DNA from: Octopus sinensis
Lineage: Eukaryota
NCBI RefSeq assembly: GCF_006345805.1
Contig: NC_042997.1
Coordinates: forward strand, 179,676,001-179,740,000
Direction: 5' to 3'
Length of the DNA: 64,000 bases
Below, piece by piece: positions 25,949 to 40,135 of the stretch. The translations under genes and the position numbers were made by a program. A model generated the notes under the pieces. It had not been told where the DNA came from. It did not search any database and worked only from the letters and a program-made list of their open reading frames with translations. Position 1 is the first letter of the stretch; each line of letters starts with the position of its first letter.

Positions 25949-28569
25949 TTTAATTGAAAATTGTTGTTACAGCCTATTGTAAATTTTTAATACAATGGAA
26001 ATCAAAGAATGCTAACGATCCAGATGTAATTAGAATGATATGTATTCTTTAAGACGTGCAAATGATGTAGACATATACGACGGAATCATATAAAACAATT
26101 AGGTACAGCCAGATTTCATTAGGCGTTAATAATTCTCGGCATTAGTAGAACGATGAAGAATTATAGGAAGTATTCGTGCTTTGGTTTATAGACTTTTACT
26201 TGAATTCCATCTGGATCTTTATTCCATTTACTTTGAACTCTTTGGTTTCTAAACCAATTTTCACGTCGAAAATTTCATAACGTTCGAAGGGCGCAAATTC
26301 TCCGAAACCAGAACGTGTAACGGATTAACGTCGTTGCAAAATCAAAGGTTTTCCAGCATCTTCAGTGACAAGATGTATATTAACGACAGATCAAAGTTCG
26401 AAAATTCCATGGAAATCATCAGCAAAGGAATTACAATCTATCCAGGCACAGGTATGTCAGGAACATATTTAACATTTGTTAAGTTTATGATTAATATGTG
26501 AACGATATGATTATTTATAGCTGGATATGATTGAAATTATGGTACGTTGATAGAATTCACGTCTCTCAGATTGAATGTATTGTTCCTATTCCGGTGGAAG
26601 ACATGTTTTCCCTGTGAAGCCTTGCTGCAGATAATAACTTGAATAGAATTAGCACTAATAACAGGAATATGGTTCATACGAATCCAAAGGCACATTATTT
26701 GGAAACCATGGTGTTCTGTTAATAATAAACGAATTTTGCCTCATTTGTTAATTGTCAATTTAAGAAATTACCAGTTATTATAATTAATGATATAGGACAT
26801 ATCTTCTGTTTGTGAGTAAAATGGTTATGTTGACTTTACAAGTTGTAGATAAGCTTCAAGCTGAATAAAAATTAATAAATACTTATTAATAAATAAATAA
26901 TGGACGGCTTATCAATAACGAACATCTAAGCAGTTGCTCTTCCTGCAAGTAATAGGAACTCAATATCTATTAAATGATACACTGTCGATCTAAAATGCGG
27001 GAAGCACTCTTTGCATAATGTAATCATATGTCTGCCTATGTTTGATTAAAAATAGAAAGAATATTGGATACATTCGATCTCAAATTTGCTAAGTTGAGTC
27101 GACCTGGTTCTCAACAAGAAGAACAACATAAATATAAAACTACCACAACAACAAAGATAGCATTAACAATTAAACGACATAGAATCTATAGATTTGATGT
27201 ATATAAAAAAGGAAAACATACAGTTTCAGAGCTGTTATTCAAACTGGTCATGGCATTTATATTTATACGATTCGATATCCAATCTTTTTCGAAACTTAGG
27301 CTCTTTGTCAATATTTAATGCTGCATGTAAAGTAATTTTTTTTTATACATACATATATAAATCATTCGTGAGGAACATAGTCCGTCGGAAATTGAACATT
27401 GTTTAATATCTGATACAAAGAGACAAATGTAGTCAAGATAAAAACCTGGACTATAGCAAAGCAAAACCAGATGTTTCACTCCTCTTCGTTTGTTACATTA
27501 AATATTTTTTTACGGAGGCAAATATTTGATAGTGCCAATAGCAGATTTAAATTAAATGAAGCACAGGATAGTATGACTTTTGCTAATTTCAAAAAGTTTA
27601 ACCTGTGTTGCATTTACTTCCTTGCGTAAAGACTTTTCTCCTATTTTCGTTCCCGTTTTTGGCTATTAGATATGATACCAGCCTTGAAAATGATTGTGAG
27701 TAAATGTTGATTTGAAGCTTTGCTATATCTACCGACTTAACTGGAGCTCAAACAATGTGGAGATGCATATATGTCGTATTCATCTTTGTTTAGCAAATAA
27801 ACAGACTGAATTAACTTTACAACATCTAATGCAAAAAGTCTTAAAGTTACAGGAAATATTTTCGGAACAACGCTTTAAACTTAGTTTTTCTGTTGATTTA
27901 TAGAAAAAGTTATTTCGTACAATGAATGCCTAAGACGAACAAGAACAAACATTGTAGAGTAACGATTTTCATTTGAGATTTATTTTGTAAAGGAAATCGA
28001 GGACGATCAGTTCTATTGATCTTTATATCACCAATTCTTCTATTTATTTATCTTCATTTGTTTTCATGATTCTTATAACATTCAATGCAAAAGTGAAGTA
28101 ATTTATATTGTTTTATTAACCGTACGAGTTTTGAGGTACTATGCGTATTCTAGTTGATTTTCATATCCGAGTTAGTTTGGTAAACACGCAAGATTTTTCA
28201 ATTTGAATCACAAAATGAAAGATTTGAAAACAGCATCGGTTAGAGTGCTTCCACTGTTTGTGAAGGAGAGCAGTATATAAAGTACTTAGGTCTGTTAAAT
28301 AATTTGTCAGTGGGCAGTGCAATATCAACGACAGAATACAAACTGTCCAAGCTTAGGTACAATACTATGCAAGATTGATTGTAGAACAGACCGTCATCAT
28401 CAAGATGCGTTTTTATGATGAAAAAGTCTACCCCATTGATTTTTTAAACACGAAAAAGTAGGAGGTACAAAATGAATGTGATATAAAATGAATGAGTGAG
28501 CCCTCCCCCACCCCCACAAAAAAAAACAATTTTAGTAATATGCATAAAATTTCGACTTTACCTTTCATA

Positions 28570-28705
28570 CAATCGGGGGCGATAAAATTAGTACCAGATG
28601 AGTACTGGGGTCGTGGTAATTCACTGGTACCCGACCATCACCACTACCATCACCACCACCCCAAAACTAATTTCAAGTCTTGTACCTATAGGAGACAAGA
28701 ACATT
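28570..28705 (+). mobile_element. SINE family A, tail-type-2 fragment, diverged
   Basis: GGGGGCGATAAAATTAGTACCAG...CTGGGGTCG...AATTTCAAGTCTTGTACCTATAG. Confidence 0.6.
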
Positions 28706-29296
28706 ATGGATAGAACTATTTCAGAGGGACATCCTATGATATATTAGATATATCTTTTTCTTCAGAGCATACGGCATTATGTATTTCTCCCTCATATATA
28801 TATATATCAACTGATATTTACTGATGGAGGCTATCATTTTACGGTGCCGATAAATTATTTTCTCAACAGTAGGCACCTAAACACACATAACGCCATAGCT
28901 GTATTTTAGTCAACCTTCAGGCGTATTAATATGGAAAATATTATGGCAATAATGTGTAATTAATTAATCCATATGGAGTTAGTTAATGAGGTTTAGGTCC
29001 TATATGAAAATATCTGCATACGAGCTGTATTTCTCTCTCATTCTATCTCTCTCTCCGTTGCATTCTTCTTCTCTATCTTACAACCATTATGGAATTACAT
29101 ATTTTCATATCTAGCAATTTACTATGTGTTTTCGCTGTCTGCTATGATACATAGTAATACGACCATTTATGGCATTATATGCTGGCAATGTTACCTCTTT
29201 GTTAAAGTGGTATTGATCAGTTGGTAGATACTGCTTAAAGAAATTCAATTGGCTTCCAATCAAACCAATGAATACGTATGAGAATAAACGCACTCA

Positions 29297-29331
<35 letters not shown>

Positions 29332-29849
29332 CTGCATACTCACACAAACACAAACTCACACACGCACGTATACACACAAACACGTATGATTGTAGGTGGA
29401 TAAATACAATATATATGTATTAGCGTGTGTGTGTGTGTGTATAAATGTGTATGTAAATATATGTGTGCATGTGTTATGTGCGTGTAAATATGTATGCGAC
29501 TGTGTCTGCAATTCGTCCGTTGTGATAACAGCCAATATGTGTTAATATAAAATTCAAAGAAAGCAGTAATGAAACGCACATAACAATAGAAGAAAAGTAA
29601 GCATTGGCAAATTATTGAGGATCGGAGCGTCAGGAGGACGGAATAGTGTCTCCGTGAGAGCAACATTATGTAATAAAACAGCTAGAAACGACTAAATGCT
29701 AGATAACACAGAAGACTAACAATGATCCATAATTTGAATAAACGGCTCTGTGGTTTATCTTCGGATAGATAACGTTTAACTATCAATTGAGTTAAAAAGC
29801 TGTTCAACCTTAAGTAACTGGAGTCGCTATCAAAATACATCTTATAAAC

Positions 29850-30650
29850 AAAGCCATCGCAATTGTTATGGCAGTCCACCAGAAACTAAATATCGTTTGT
29901 GCAAAAACAAAATTGCAGTGTATAAAGTTGCATATCTCTGCCCATTATTGTTTATGATAGAGAAACATGGTGACTATACGAAACTGATAGGAAAACACTA
30001 AATGCATTGCATCATTTGTGCTTGTGCAATATCTTGCTTATGACATATAGGGATCGAATCACGATTGAGGAAGTGACTTATTAAAGTGTCAGAAGAAACG
30101 GATCTTTTCGGTTTGAATGGCAGTTTTTAATATAATTTCTAGGTAACTAAAAAATTTTAAACTTCGTATACTGATCGAATGTGCTTATAAAATATCTTTT
30201 TCTCTTGGCTTTATTGAGAAAATTCTATAGTTTGTAAGATATTTGTTGTTTTTTTTTCTTCAATTTCTGCAATTTCAACCAATCACTGACGTCTATTGAG
30301 GTAAAAATATTCTGAACCGTATGAATATGTCCCTCGTTTAAGAAACAGATTGGGTTTATTTAGATTTATGAAGAAAAAAAGATACCCTTCCCCCCACCCC
30401 TAACCCTAACCCTAAAACAGATTGAAATGCAATAGATCGATACTAGGGTCATAATTATGGGTGACAATTTCATATGACACCGCTAGAAAAAAACTGCCGT
30501 TCAAACCGATAAGATCCGAAGAAACTAAACAGAAGAAAGTTAAATACATACCAAAAGGGTCGCTGGAATACAAACTTCATGATGAACAAGCAGAAGAAAT
30601 GCCTAAATTGACCTGATAGTCTGAAAAAAAGCCAGAAGGCCTAGCGTAGC
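29850..30650 (+). mobile_element. Degraded RTE-type LINE fragment interrupted by the MITE
   Basis: ETW.LYETDRKTLNALHHLCLCNILLMTYRDRITIEEV at ~29960-30075 resembles the post-RT region of RTE-like LINEs. Confidence 0.6.
30100..30517 (+). mobile_element. Complete non-autonomous DNA transposon (MITE) with ~28-bp TIRs and 8-bp TSD
   Basis: TIRs GGATCTTTTCGGTTTGAATGGCAGTTTTT / AAAAACTGCCGTTCAAACCGATAAGATCC. TSD GAAGAAAC at 30092-30099 and 30518-30525. Confidence 0.93.
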
Positions 30651-30779
30651 TCAATACAGATGGTAAAGCAAAATACATAGTAGACATGAATGGGCTGAAA
30701 TGCAACACAGTATCGTGGCAATGTCTAAAGTACTTGAGAACTAGAGACTGCAATTTCGACAATCCATTTTCTCGGTTTC

Positions 30780-32015
30780 GAGGTTGGGCTGTAAAGTTCA
30801 TAGGCTGATTATGAAGGTGTGATGCTAGAGCCGTGAAATCTTGCATGCATTAATTTAAAAACTGCTTATTAATAACTGCCTTCTTTTGTTTGTTGGTAAG
30901 ATGATATCTACTTCTTCAAAAAAGACATCAAATATAACTAGCAGAGACTACTCTTGAAAACGGACAAAATTTGGCATCATAGTATTATAAAGTACTTGCA
31001 GGAAAAAGAATACAGTTCCTTAGACATTCAAGCTGACATGTTTATTACATGAGGGAATGTTTATCCAGTTTTACCAACATTAAAAAAGTGTGCAGCTAAA
31101 TTTAGGAGAGGAAGGCAGTATCTTGACGATTACCCAACGTCAGGGCGTCCTGGAACTGCCACCACGGAGAAAAACATTGACCGCGTTAACCACATGATGA
31201 TGAGTGACAGGCGAATAAATATGAATTATATAGACAACGCTATTCGCATATCGAGTGAGTTGAGAATATTCTGCGCAATGAAATTGCCACGACGAAGGTT
31301 TCTGCTCGATGAATGCCACGTCTCTTGTCACCTGATCAAAAGTGCACCAGGCTTATCAAATCATGAAAAGATCTGACATTTTTTGATACACATCTAACTG
31401 ATTCCCTTGAATCAAAGACAGGATGACTGTTGGGTTCATCACCTTGAACCAGAGATAAAATGTAAGTTCATGCAGTGGAAACACCTCTCCTCATCTGCTC
31501 CCAAAAAGGCCAAGGTTGTTTCATCTGCATGGATGGTGATCACTTGAGTTTTAGGGATACAAAAGTCATTGCCTTTATCAGTTATCTATGACAAATTGCT
31601 GAGGCAGTTACGAAAGTTTGTCAAGACCAAACATCCAAGAAAACTGACGAAAGGGGTTAGGTCCATACTCCAGCAGACAAATCCTTGGTTTTGATGGCTG
31701 TTATGCGTTACTGTAGCTTTCTATTTCTTGATCACCCTCCCCATACTTCTGATTTGGGCCCATCTGACTGTTATCTGTTCCGTAAAAGGAAAAAATAAAC
31801 AGTTGTTTGGGAACCAGTATCGCAGTAACGTTGATGTCATATATACTGTTGGTGACATTTTTGACGAATGGGGTGGAAGCTTCTTCATCAATGGGATCCA
31901 AGCACTGTAACACCGATAGAAGATGGCTGTGGACCTCGAGGAGACTATCTTGAAGATAAAACCTCATTTAGTCACATTCCATGAGATTGTCAGTCTACAA
32001 ATATTTCAACAGACA
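30780..32015 (+). mobile_element. Decayed mariner transposon (transposase pseudogene ~30960-31959)
   Basis: Remnants DDYPTSGRPGTATTEKNIDRV, KVSARW.PRLLSPDQK, WVHHLEPE...MQWKH...APKKAKVVSSA, DHPPY-SDLAPSD-like and FFINGIQAL.HR. Many stops and frameshifts; degenerate TIRs. Confidence 0.9.
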
Positions 32016-33299
32016 TATTGGAGTCGGAATAGCCTAAAGGTTAAGTTAATACACGTTTAATTGTTATTCAGAATCTATGCAAATAGAGCATCTTGTATTG
32101 CTTTTTGTTATCGAATTATGAAATATCACTGTTCACATTTGCTCTGATAACAGAAGCTAATATTAGTAATGAGCATGATATAATTAAAAAATATATATGA
32201 ATGTGCTGTTTCTGACAAAAAGCAAGAATTTATTTTAGACTCCTAGAACAATAACAATCACAACGTTAACAATGGAAGTCACTATTTTTGAAAAGATACG
32301 AAAACGTTGTATTTATCAGTCTGGAAAATTTTTGATGTATCAATGATTCGCGAAAACAGTGATGGAGGAATTGTATGGCTTCTAACAATAAATTGTAAGC
32401 GACATCATTTCCTTTATTGAAAGAGGTAAAACACACGGTAATATCTGTTTGCTTTGCGGGACTGACGACGAACCCAAGAGACATGCTGACATGGTTGCAC
32501 AAACGCCCATAACATTGACCTGATTACAGGAGACAGTACAATACTTGGATAATAGTTAGTTGCATTTCCACGGACTGTGTTCCTTGCTATATTGTCATTT
32601 TTATTGCGCGATATGAGTGGGGTATAGAGAGCCGAAACGAACCCCTGAAAGCCACTTCCATACACGAATTGTTTCTGTCATCAGCGTATAAATATGGTTA
32701 ATGATGATTAAAACCTATTGGAAGAGCTACATGAGTTCTTCATTTCACAAGGAGTTATTAACTCAAACGCAACGAGAGCCAGATTCAGAGGCTGCCGTTT
32801 CCACAGTGTCGTCATCCTTATTCTGAGAAAGTGTTGTAGAGGGGTGGAATACCCTCGGTTATAAGGAACCGACCAGGCAGATGAGAGAACGATTACTCTC
32901 ATCATAGCCACTGTTGACAGAGAGATGATGGATTGTTGTTTCCACAGCAGCAGTAACAACAGCGTACCCCAGTTCTCACAAAATAGCTAGCAGCATAACT
33001 TCAGTTCTCTTTTGACGAAAAGAAAATGATGCTTGCAAAAGTAATTTTCCAAAGGAGAACTCAAAACGGAAAAAGACAAACAATAATAGGGACGAAAATG
33101 GCCACAATCAACAAAAGATTGGATAGGTAGTAACAGACTCGTCAATTACTAAAATGTCCCCCGCCCCCTTCGAACAAAATTTATGAATTTCCTCTTAATA
33201 GTACCATCCTGTCTGTGTGAAAGACATTTCAACTGACATTAATGCTGTGGGACATGCTAATAAGTTTGATACATCCAAGTTACTTTCCACAGACTAGTG

Positions 33300-34180
33300 T
33301 GGTTCTTCTGCAGAAACGATATATTTTCTGTACTGTTACGACCCCTAACTTCAGACAAGTTTTTCAAGATTTGTTCTCAGACATTTTGTTTCTGTGCCCA
33401 ATAATAATCCCTAATGCTAAGACTATGTTTAAGTCTTTATTTCAGGAATAGAATATATCATATTCCCGTCGATATAATTTTTATAATCTTTCGATTTCCA
33501 TCGTTTTTACTCGGTCTCAAATTCGGATCACAATTGAATATAATACATAGTTTCTCCTTGTTTATGACTACAATATCCAGTTTGTTATATTCTATACTTG
33601 TTTTGGTTTATATAGGAGAGCTTCCAAAGCAACCTCACTTCATTGTTTCCGAGGGCTTGCATTCTCTTCTCACAAAATTGTCATAATTTTTTCTATGCAT
33701 ACAAAACCAAATTTCTCACAATAATTCCAGTGCAATGTGGTAACAATCATATAATGTCTATACTATTTTATATTTGGTCTGAACTCACTGGAGACATTTT
33801 TGATACAATGCGAGCTAAAATTCTTACCATAATCATTGCAGATACTGCATTTGGGTGAGTGGTTTTATTGATCCATCGTGCTCTCTATCCAATTTACTCA
33901 GAGAGCTTTTTCCTGCCAGGATCATTTTTCAGTTTCTTTCTTCAATACTGCTTTCTTTAGCCATAGCCAAAGACTATTATCATCCTTTATTTTTAATGTT
34001 CTTTGAAAAGATGCCTGATGAAAATGTTGAGAGATGTTTTTTTCCTTCACGGACGTTTTGCTCTTATCCACATTTTCCCTTTTAGAGTTCTGCATAATTT
34101 CCAAATAGTCCTTCACTTATAATCTCCTGAATGAATGTTTCAACTTTGTTTTCTAGAACCTGAGGTTGTCAGTATTTCAT
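33300..34180 (-). mobile_element. Degraded R4/Dong-like LINE C-terminal fragment
   Basis: On the - strand: WQEKAL, C-x2-C knuckle remnant (CSICNDYG...) and LHWNYCEKFG, paralleling WQEKPLHG and IHWKLC at 43-44 kb. Confidence 0.6.
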
Positions 34181-34184
34181 CTTT

Positions 34185-34440
34185 TTCTTCTTTGTCTGTC
34201 CTTGTTTGTCCTCTCTGTGTTTAGCCCCTTGTGAGCAATAAAGAAATCAGAAACGTTAGCACGTCGGACGAAATGCTTAGCGATATTTCGTCCGTCTTTA
34301 CGTTCTGAGTTAACGTGTGTCTTTACGTTCCGAGGTCAACTTTGCCTTTCATCCTTTCGGGGTCGATAAATTCAGTACCAGTTGCGTACTGGGGTCGATG
34401 TAATCGACTGGCCCCCTCCCCCAAAATTTCAGGCCTTGTA
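34185..34440 (+). mobile_element. Tandem or chimeric SINE A: type-1 tail followed by a type-2-tailed copy
   Basis: TTTGTCTGTCC...AAAGAAAT then CAGAAACGTTAGCAC...GGCCCCCTCCCCCAAAATTTCAGGCCTTGT. Confidence 0.85.
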
Positions 34441-35355
34441 TGTTCTTAGAATTAAATGCATTTTTACTGTTGCATTAAAGTTTGGTGCGAAACTAACTAA
34501 AAATGAGCATTCCATTTGGAATGAAGTGTTACATTTGGATTAGGCACAACATTCATTGTAGAAAACACCATTTATTTCTAGAACGTCTCGAGCTAGATTC
34601 CAACATAGGAAGATAATTTATGGAAAAAAAAAGTAGCGTCAGCATTCACAATATTGCTCTTCACATTTTTTTGTTGAATGTAGCTTCAGCCAAGTCACTT
34701 ACTTACTATCAAGCTTGTAGTCCTTTTGATATTGTAAGGATGGATGAATTCATTTGTCACTAGTAGCAATAAACAGAAATAAAAGAAAGTTACAAGATTA
34801 CTTTAGTAGTTATGTTCACATTGAATAACAAAACAAAAATTACAATATTTTCGTTATCCTATATTTTTCTTTCTATGTTTTAGAGTTATTTTGAGACAAA
34901 GTAAACATAACTAAAATTAATTTGTAGCAGTCCTTATGGCCTTATGCCTTTATTGAATTTGGTATCGTAATGCACCATTTTGCTAATACACAGCTCTTTT
35001 CACAGAAAACTAGTCGTTTTGTAAGATACTGCAAGCATTCCTTTCTTTGTGGGATATAGTTTCGAATAATAAAACTAGAAATGATAAAATATTTCTTTTT
35101 GTCGAGTAACAGTGCTGCAGATGGAAGCCGTACGAGGTAATTTGAATTCGAGACGAGGACAGGACCAAGTGAATTTTAAGAGAACATTACATTAGATGAA
35201 TCAATTCTTATCTTCTTTTTTGTAGTCTGCCAACTGGAATGTTTTTTCGTGATAGCATTTGGAAATTGTCTCCGTCTTTCTGTTTGTTGAGATATACGTG
35301 TGTATGTGTGTGTATACATGTATTTATGTGTACATAAATGTATATATTTATATAT

Positions 35356-35415
<60 letters not shown>

Positions 35416-38400
35416 TGTGAGTTTATATATATTCATATCGTTGCTATTATGTTAAACTGCCGTATGTCCAAATTTGACCAAATGAGTTTTGTTTTGTTTT
35501 TTTCAATATTTAAACTTGCTTGCTATAGCCGGTTCTTTTAGTCAAAACTATCGTATCTCCAGCTGCTTCAGATGCCAACATATGAAAGTGTAGTACAACG
35601 GTTTACCTGAAAAAATATTTCTGACTAAAAATACATCATACATGCATGAGGTTACGATTTTATGCACCCAACAAAGTATTACTGTTAAGCTGAAACTGTT
35701 GTTAATGTAAAAAGAAATGGAATGGAGGAAATATGTTTTCGTTTTCAAAAAAGCAACGTTTTGGACTTAGGATACTGTTGCATAATAGCAACGATATCTG
35801 TTCACGTACGAGTGTTATCTATAATCCGTCCATTCATATAAATTGTATGATGGTGCACATACCAACTGTTGTGATGTCGACTTCCAGTGAGTGTATATTA
35901 CCTTATGCTGACTATAATTTACTTTTTATTGACAGTTAATATCATCTCGGGTCAAGAGAAGTTCTCATATATAATGGTGTAAAACCCACCACTGTGTAGA
36001 CTCAACCTGATGTATGCTCTACAATATTCCAGCAATGGGCAGTTTAAATATAATCTCACCTTGTTTGAATTCTGCACACATAAGGCTAACAGATTACCAT
36101 CAGAGAGAAAAATCAATATTTTTGGCGGAATGCAAACGGTGCGTGTAGGAATCAGAATAATGGATGAGCCAGAATGCTTCGAAGGTTGCTTTGTTCCATG
36201 CTTGTCATGGAATTTTCCTCTCTGAAGCTTTATGATCAAAGTTGCATACACATCCATTTCTGACCAAGTTAAACTATATCTAGGTTTTACTTATGGTAAT
36301 CAGACAGCGATGGAGTTTTAGTAAAAAGTTTTGTATGTCAATAATGTCAACAAGTGGGAATCTTCAAGGATTTCCTTGTCAAAACCAACATTTACTTGTT
36401 GTCAACTGACACTGGTTTTGACAAATCCATATGTAATGTGCCAATTAGCAATTCTTTTTTACTTCACTGAAGAGAACGTATATCCTTACAATTTCCTGCT
36501 CTGTCTCTTAGATAAATCAAATACCGGTGGTGGGTTAACAAATATATCACACAATATAAGGTGACTCCTGAACTTGTATTTCATTTCCAACAGAACCTCA
36601 CGTGTTAACATTCATAATCGTTATGAGCTGAGGAAACACCATGTTAAAACAGTGGACATATAACAGTTCTATATCTTATGATGCCTCACCCATTCATAAT
36701 ACGCCAAATATCATCAAGACTGATTTTATGATAACTTGCACAAAGATCACTAGCGATAATGCCATTCTTACATCTTTGTACGTACATGGAATCGTGGAAG
36801 AAGTCTGCGTCTTGATTCCGATAGTCTTATATGCACTTAATTCATCGCTGAACAGGTGGAGAGAGTAACAATTGTGCTGCCAGAGGATGTTAACACATAA
36901 GCACACAACACAGAGTAACTTTGGATAGCCCTTCGCCAACCGACGCTCGGAGTCATTAGCAGATAACTTGAAGGTCAGTGGAAAGTAAATGGGACTAGAG
37001 AAAACGACTGGTGTGCGAAGCGTGAAGGCGGAAGATGTAAACCTACTCTGCTGGTGGTAGCACTAGGCGCGGGATGGAACTCGTACACAAGTTATAAAAA
37101 GAAGAAACATACGAAAGGGGAGAGGAAATCGCGCTTGGTGCCATCACGAACGTCATTAACATCACGTGTACAATCTCACGTGTGCGATAAAGCTTGTGTC
37201 CATAATAGGAATTTCCGGTTATTGAAATGTCAGCGTCAAGGGAGTGGATATTGTGTTAGATTTTGAAGGACAACCAAAAGAAGATGCATTAATGTATTTT
37301 GAGTATATCTACGTTTATATATTTGCATTAATAGTATATTTGCATTCATTTGTTCTCTTTATTTTGTGACTGGATTGGAATTTTTTTATATTTCTCTAAT
37401 ATATGAATAAACAAAATCGATATGATGATCTTTAAAACCCATGAATTATACATTAAAGAAATTTCATGATTCAAAATTACTGAAGCAAATTTCTCACTAC
37501 CAACCCTTCTAACCTTGAATGACTCATGCAAAATATTCTCTTTTTCTCCTTCATTCTACTGTGTATTTATGTGTTCATTTATATTTGAATGAAATTCTAA
37601 ACTTGTTTTCCTGTGCCAATTGAACCAACTAATGTTTTAGTATAAATTCATTATGTCTAACACAAGTTATTAAAGATAAATCTAATTTTCTGATGATTTC
37701 TCGCCAAACGTTGTTTTATTCTTGTAATTAAATTATATGCTATGAGAATAAAACAAGAAATTAACATGATTGTTTTCCAGAAAGGGAGTGGGGATTTCAC
37801 GCAAGGACATCTTTGAAATCAATTAAAAACCGGTTCGAATAACATGGTAAAGAAGCCAAGATTCTGCATGGAAAAATTCATTCACTGAATAAATGATGTA
37901 ACTAAACTATTGCCCTAATATTGAACAAGAACAATTAAGTTGATTGGCATACTCTATGATTTGTCATCGGTGAGAATTCCCTTCAAATGGCTTCGTTCGG
38001 TTATTGCACATAACCACACGAGAATGAGCAGTTATAATAATCAACTATTAGGTCTATGTAACCATAGTGGAGACATTGAAAGTTTGCAGCGTAAGTCTTC
38101 CTAGCTGCCAATTAGTGAGATACGATTAGATGGTTGTCGCCAAACCCATTGTAAATTGATGAGTAGTTAGCTTACATATAGTTTCGATCGAATTCTTCCA
38201 GTATTACTAAAGATTTTCAGATACTGAAAAGAAAGTCAATTTCGGTATATTTTAGGAGCTATGTATTGCATTTAATTTAACGAGCCCCCAATCCTGTAAA
38301 ATTTTAAGGACAGAATATAAATGAAGGAAGTACTAAATTGATTTTCAAATTCAATAATTATAATTATCGAAAACCTATAATAACATAAGATTGCCTGCCT

Positions 38401-38434
38401 GAATTTTGTACCTCACTGTCTTTCTCCCTATCTT

Positions 38435-38600
<166 letters not shown>

Positions 38601-38836
38601 TAAAAAATCAATATGTGCGTGTATATGTGTATGTGTGTATGAGAATATGTTCGTATGTATATATATATATGTAAGTGTGTGCGTGTGTGTGCGTGTGTGT
38701 GTGTGATGCAACAGGAAAATGGAACTCAATATATAAGAATATGTATATTTTTGTTAATATTTACTAGAAGTAACAGAATGACGCAAGGTCCGAGTGCTTC
38801 GTGCGTTGGAACTTATAAAACTAGTGCCATAATTAG

Positions 38837-38898
<62 letters not shown>

Positions 38899-39711
38899 GC
38901 GTTATTATATATATGCTTGTACGTGTGTATGAATGTTTGTATGTACGTATGTATAAATATGCATCTACATGTTTGTGCGTGTGGATTACACATATATATA
39001 TATATGTGTGTGTATGTTTGTGTGTGTGTCTCTCTATATATACATAATATATATGTATGTATATATATGCGAATATATATATATATGTATATATATATAT
39101 ATGCGTATATATATATATATTTGTGTGTGTGTGTATATATATATACAAACATATATATCTATATATACACATTATTGTATGTATTCCACTATATGATATA
39201 TAATATATTTTACACACACAAACACACCACACGCACACACATATGCTGATAGAAGTAAAGAGAGGGAATAAATGTAATGTGGTGAGAATGATAATATGTG
39301 TTGACGAAACAGCTATTTAGGAGAGAGACGCTACACTCCTCTGAAGTACGTTGAATTCAAAATCATTTATTATACGATGCTAAAATGATTTCTGATACGG
39401 TGTAAAATTTATTTGAGACATACCAGATCATTTTTAATAAACAGTCAAGCCAACAACGATGAGAAGTATCAGTTTAGTTTTTAAAGTCAAGTAAGTGGTA
39501 TTGGGACAGATAATAATATCATTTTGAGAGGTGGAATTATCTAGAAGTATAGAGAAATGAAATATATATCTTATGGAATTTAACATTATAATTCGCTCTT
39601 CTTTAAAATCGTGTGCGTAATATACAGTGTTAAGACAGTCTATATTATTCTGTGTCTTTATAAAATAATCATACATCATGGTAATAGATAATCTATGGAA
39701 TTATTTTATTC

Positions 39712-40135
39712 TTTCATTTGTTTCAGTCATCTGACTGCGACCATGCTGGAGCACAGCCTTCAGTAGCAGAAATCGACTCCAGGACTTGGACTTATTGTTT
39801 TGTAAGTCTAGTATTTATTCTAGCGGTCTCTTTTGGCGAACCACTACGCTACGGGGACGTAAACAAACCAACATCGGTTGTTAAGCGATGGAGAAGGGAC
39901 AAGCTCAGACACACATACACACAAATACATACATTCATGTATATATGTATATGTATATATATATATAAATACACGACAGGTTTCTTTCAGTTTCCGTTTA
40001 CCAAATCCATTCACAAGGCACTGGTCGGCGTGTGGCTACAACAGAAGGCACTTGACCAAGTTTCCACACAGTGGGACTGAGCCCAGAACCACGTGGTTGG
40101 GAAGCAAGCCTTGAACCATTCAACCACGCCTGCGC
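39712..40135 (-). mobile_element. SINE family B, diverged
   Basis: TTTCAGTCATCTGACTGCGACCATGCTGGAGCAC...CAGTGGGACTGAGCCCAGAACC...CCACGCCTGCGC. Confidence 0.88.

Noticed and set aside
26253-26500. Candidate exon (open frame, TTTTCCAG acceptor, CAG/GTATGT donor at 26450)
   Set aside because: No recognisable protein similarity or partner exons; needs RNA-seq.
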